From a virus (lineage: Duplodnaviria; Caudoviricetes): a stretch of DNA of 44,620 nucleotides. The stretch spans positions 1 through 44,620 of IMG/VR virus record IMGVR_UViG_3300048598_000594, one strand, 5' to 3'. The position numbers and the translations under genes are program-made. Position 1 is the stretch's first letter, and each line of letters starts with the position of its first letter. The notes under the pieces were generated by a model, which saw nothing but the letters and a program-made list of their open reading frames with translations, was not told the DNA's origin and ran no database searches. Shown here in pieces: positions 43,574 to 44,620 of the stretch.

Positions 43574-44620
43574 ATGAAGCTGCTTCGAACGGGCGCCGCG
43601 CTCGCGTCTCTGCTCTGCATGGCCGCCATCGATTCACCGGCCCAGGCTGGCCCCGTGCTCGACAAGATCAAGGCCGACGGCAAGATCATCTGCCTGGTCA
43701 ACCCGAACTCTCCCGGCTTCTCCGTGCCCGACAGCCAGGGGGCCTTCCAGGGCTTCAATGTCGAGTTCTGCCGGATGGCGGCCGTGGCCATTTTCGGCGA
43801 TGCCTCGAAGGCCGAGATGCGCGGGATCGGCTTTTCCGACAGCCTCAAGGCGCTCATCAGCGGCAGCGCCCACATGGCCTCGCGCGGGATCACCGCCACC
43901 GGAACGCGTGACGCGGATCCCGGCGTCTCCTTCGTCGTGCCGACCTTCTTCGACGGCCAGGGCTTCATGGTGCCCAAGAGCCTCGGCATGACGAAGCTCT
44001 CAGATCTCTCCGGCGCCACCATATGCGCCGAAGAAGGCTCGACGACGCTGCTCTACCTCGCCGATTGGTTCGGAGCCGCCAAGCTGCCCTACAAGGTCGA
44101 GAACATCGCCGACAAAACCGCGCGGCTCCAAGCCTTCTTCTCCGGCAAGTGCGACGCGGTTGCGAGTTCGGTTTCGGCGCTCGCCGCTGACCGCCTGCTG
44201 GCACCGAAGCCGGGCGACTACGTCCTGGTTCCGCAGCAATCGGCGACCGAACCGCTGGCATTGGCTGCTCGCCCCGATACGGAACTCGAGAAGACGCTGT
44301 TCTGGGGGCTCCAGCTGATGCTGTCGGCCGAGGAGTTCGGCATCACCTCCGCCAATGTCGACCAGAAGCTCGCAGGCCTGAAGGACCTGCCCGTAGATGC
44401 GCAGCGGTTGCTGTCGTCGACTGGCCCGACCGTCGATATGGCCAAGAAGCTCGGCCTCCATCCGGAGTGGAGCCAGCGCATCCTGAAGCAGGTCGGCAAT
44501 TATGGCGAGGTCTTCGAGAAGCATCTCGGCAAGGGCTCGCCGCTGGCCATGGACCGCAGCACCTCACCCAACCGCCTCGCCCGCGACGGCGGCATGATGT
44601 TCGCTTTCCCGATCCGCTGA
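43574..44620 (+). CDS. Host amino-acid ABC transporter substrate-binding protein (AapJ/BztA-like)
   Basis: Signal peptide; PGFS..GFNVEFCR..AIFGD; FFDGQGFMV; QVGNYGEVFE..PIR. Confidence 0.9.
   Translation: MKLLRTGAALASLLCMAAIDSPAQAGPVLDKIKADGKIICLVNPNSPGFSVPDSQGAFQGFNVEFCRMAAVAIFGDASKAEMRGIGFSDSLKALISGSAHMASRGITATGTRDADPGVSFVVPTFFDGQGFMVPKSLGMTKLSDLSGATICAEEGSTTLLYLADWFGAAKLPYKVENIADKTARLQAFFSGKCDAVASSVSALAADRLLAPKPGDYVLVPQQSATEPLALAARPDTELEKTLFWGLQLMLSAEEFGITSANVDQKLAGLKDLPVDAQRLLSSTGPTVDMAKKLGLHPEWSQRILKQVGNYGEVFEKHLGKGSPLAMDRSTSPNRLARDGGMMFAFPIR

Noticed and set aside
1-44620. CRISPR array, rRNA or a recognisable named defence system
   Set aside because: No regularly spaced repeat-spacer pattern, rRNA-like sequence, or cognate restriction nuclease recognised.

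Overview
Nearly all of the window (26..42948) is one apparently complete ~42.9-kb temperate siphovirus prophage. The host is inferred to be a high-GC alphaproteobacterium (GapR homolog, GTTC-N7-GTTC LexA box, suhB/MmgR-type sRNA). The phage sits in the 3' end of a tRNA with a CAT anticodon and is bounded by a 20-bp direct repeat (26-45 / 42929-42948). Left to right: large serine recombinase; leftward early operon (DUF4326-, DUF4031-, DUF5131-like, GapR); CI/Cro switch with six TTGCC-N4-GGCAA-type operators; rightward early/replication operon (CII-like, two ParB-fold proteins, one fused to an MT-A70 methylase, a beta-clamp homolog, C5 and N6A methylases, HTH initiator with internal ori, NusG paralog); HK97-type head genes; siphovirus tail with a -1 frameshift chaperone; fibre/Mtd-like receptor-binding proteins; lysis cassette; SOS-boxed module with an SRAP peptidase. 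Beyond attR lie an IS5-family remnant and a host amino-acid ABC substrate-binding gene. Most notable: (1) a possible clamp-coupled methylation module (ParB-HTH-MT-A70 fusion with a perfect 20-bp palindrome inside its own gene, plus a beta-clamp followed by two methylases with C-terminal clamp-motif-like peptides); (2) a tRNA-like, C4/CI-type antisense RNA cassette upstream of a 73-aa hydrophobic ORF; (3) an integrase whose C-terminus changes on integration; (4) a phage-borne suhB/MmgR-like sRNA; (5) a NusG paralog with a structured leader and terminator gating the late operon. All family calls are by-eye motif recognition; no database searches were run.
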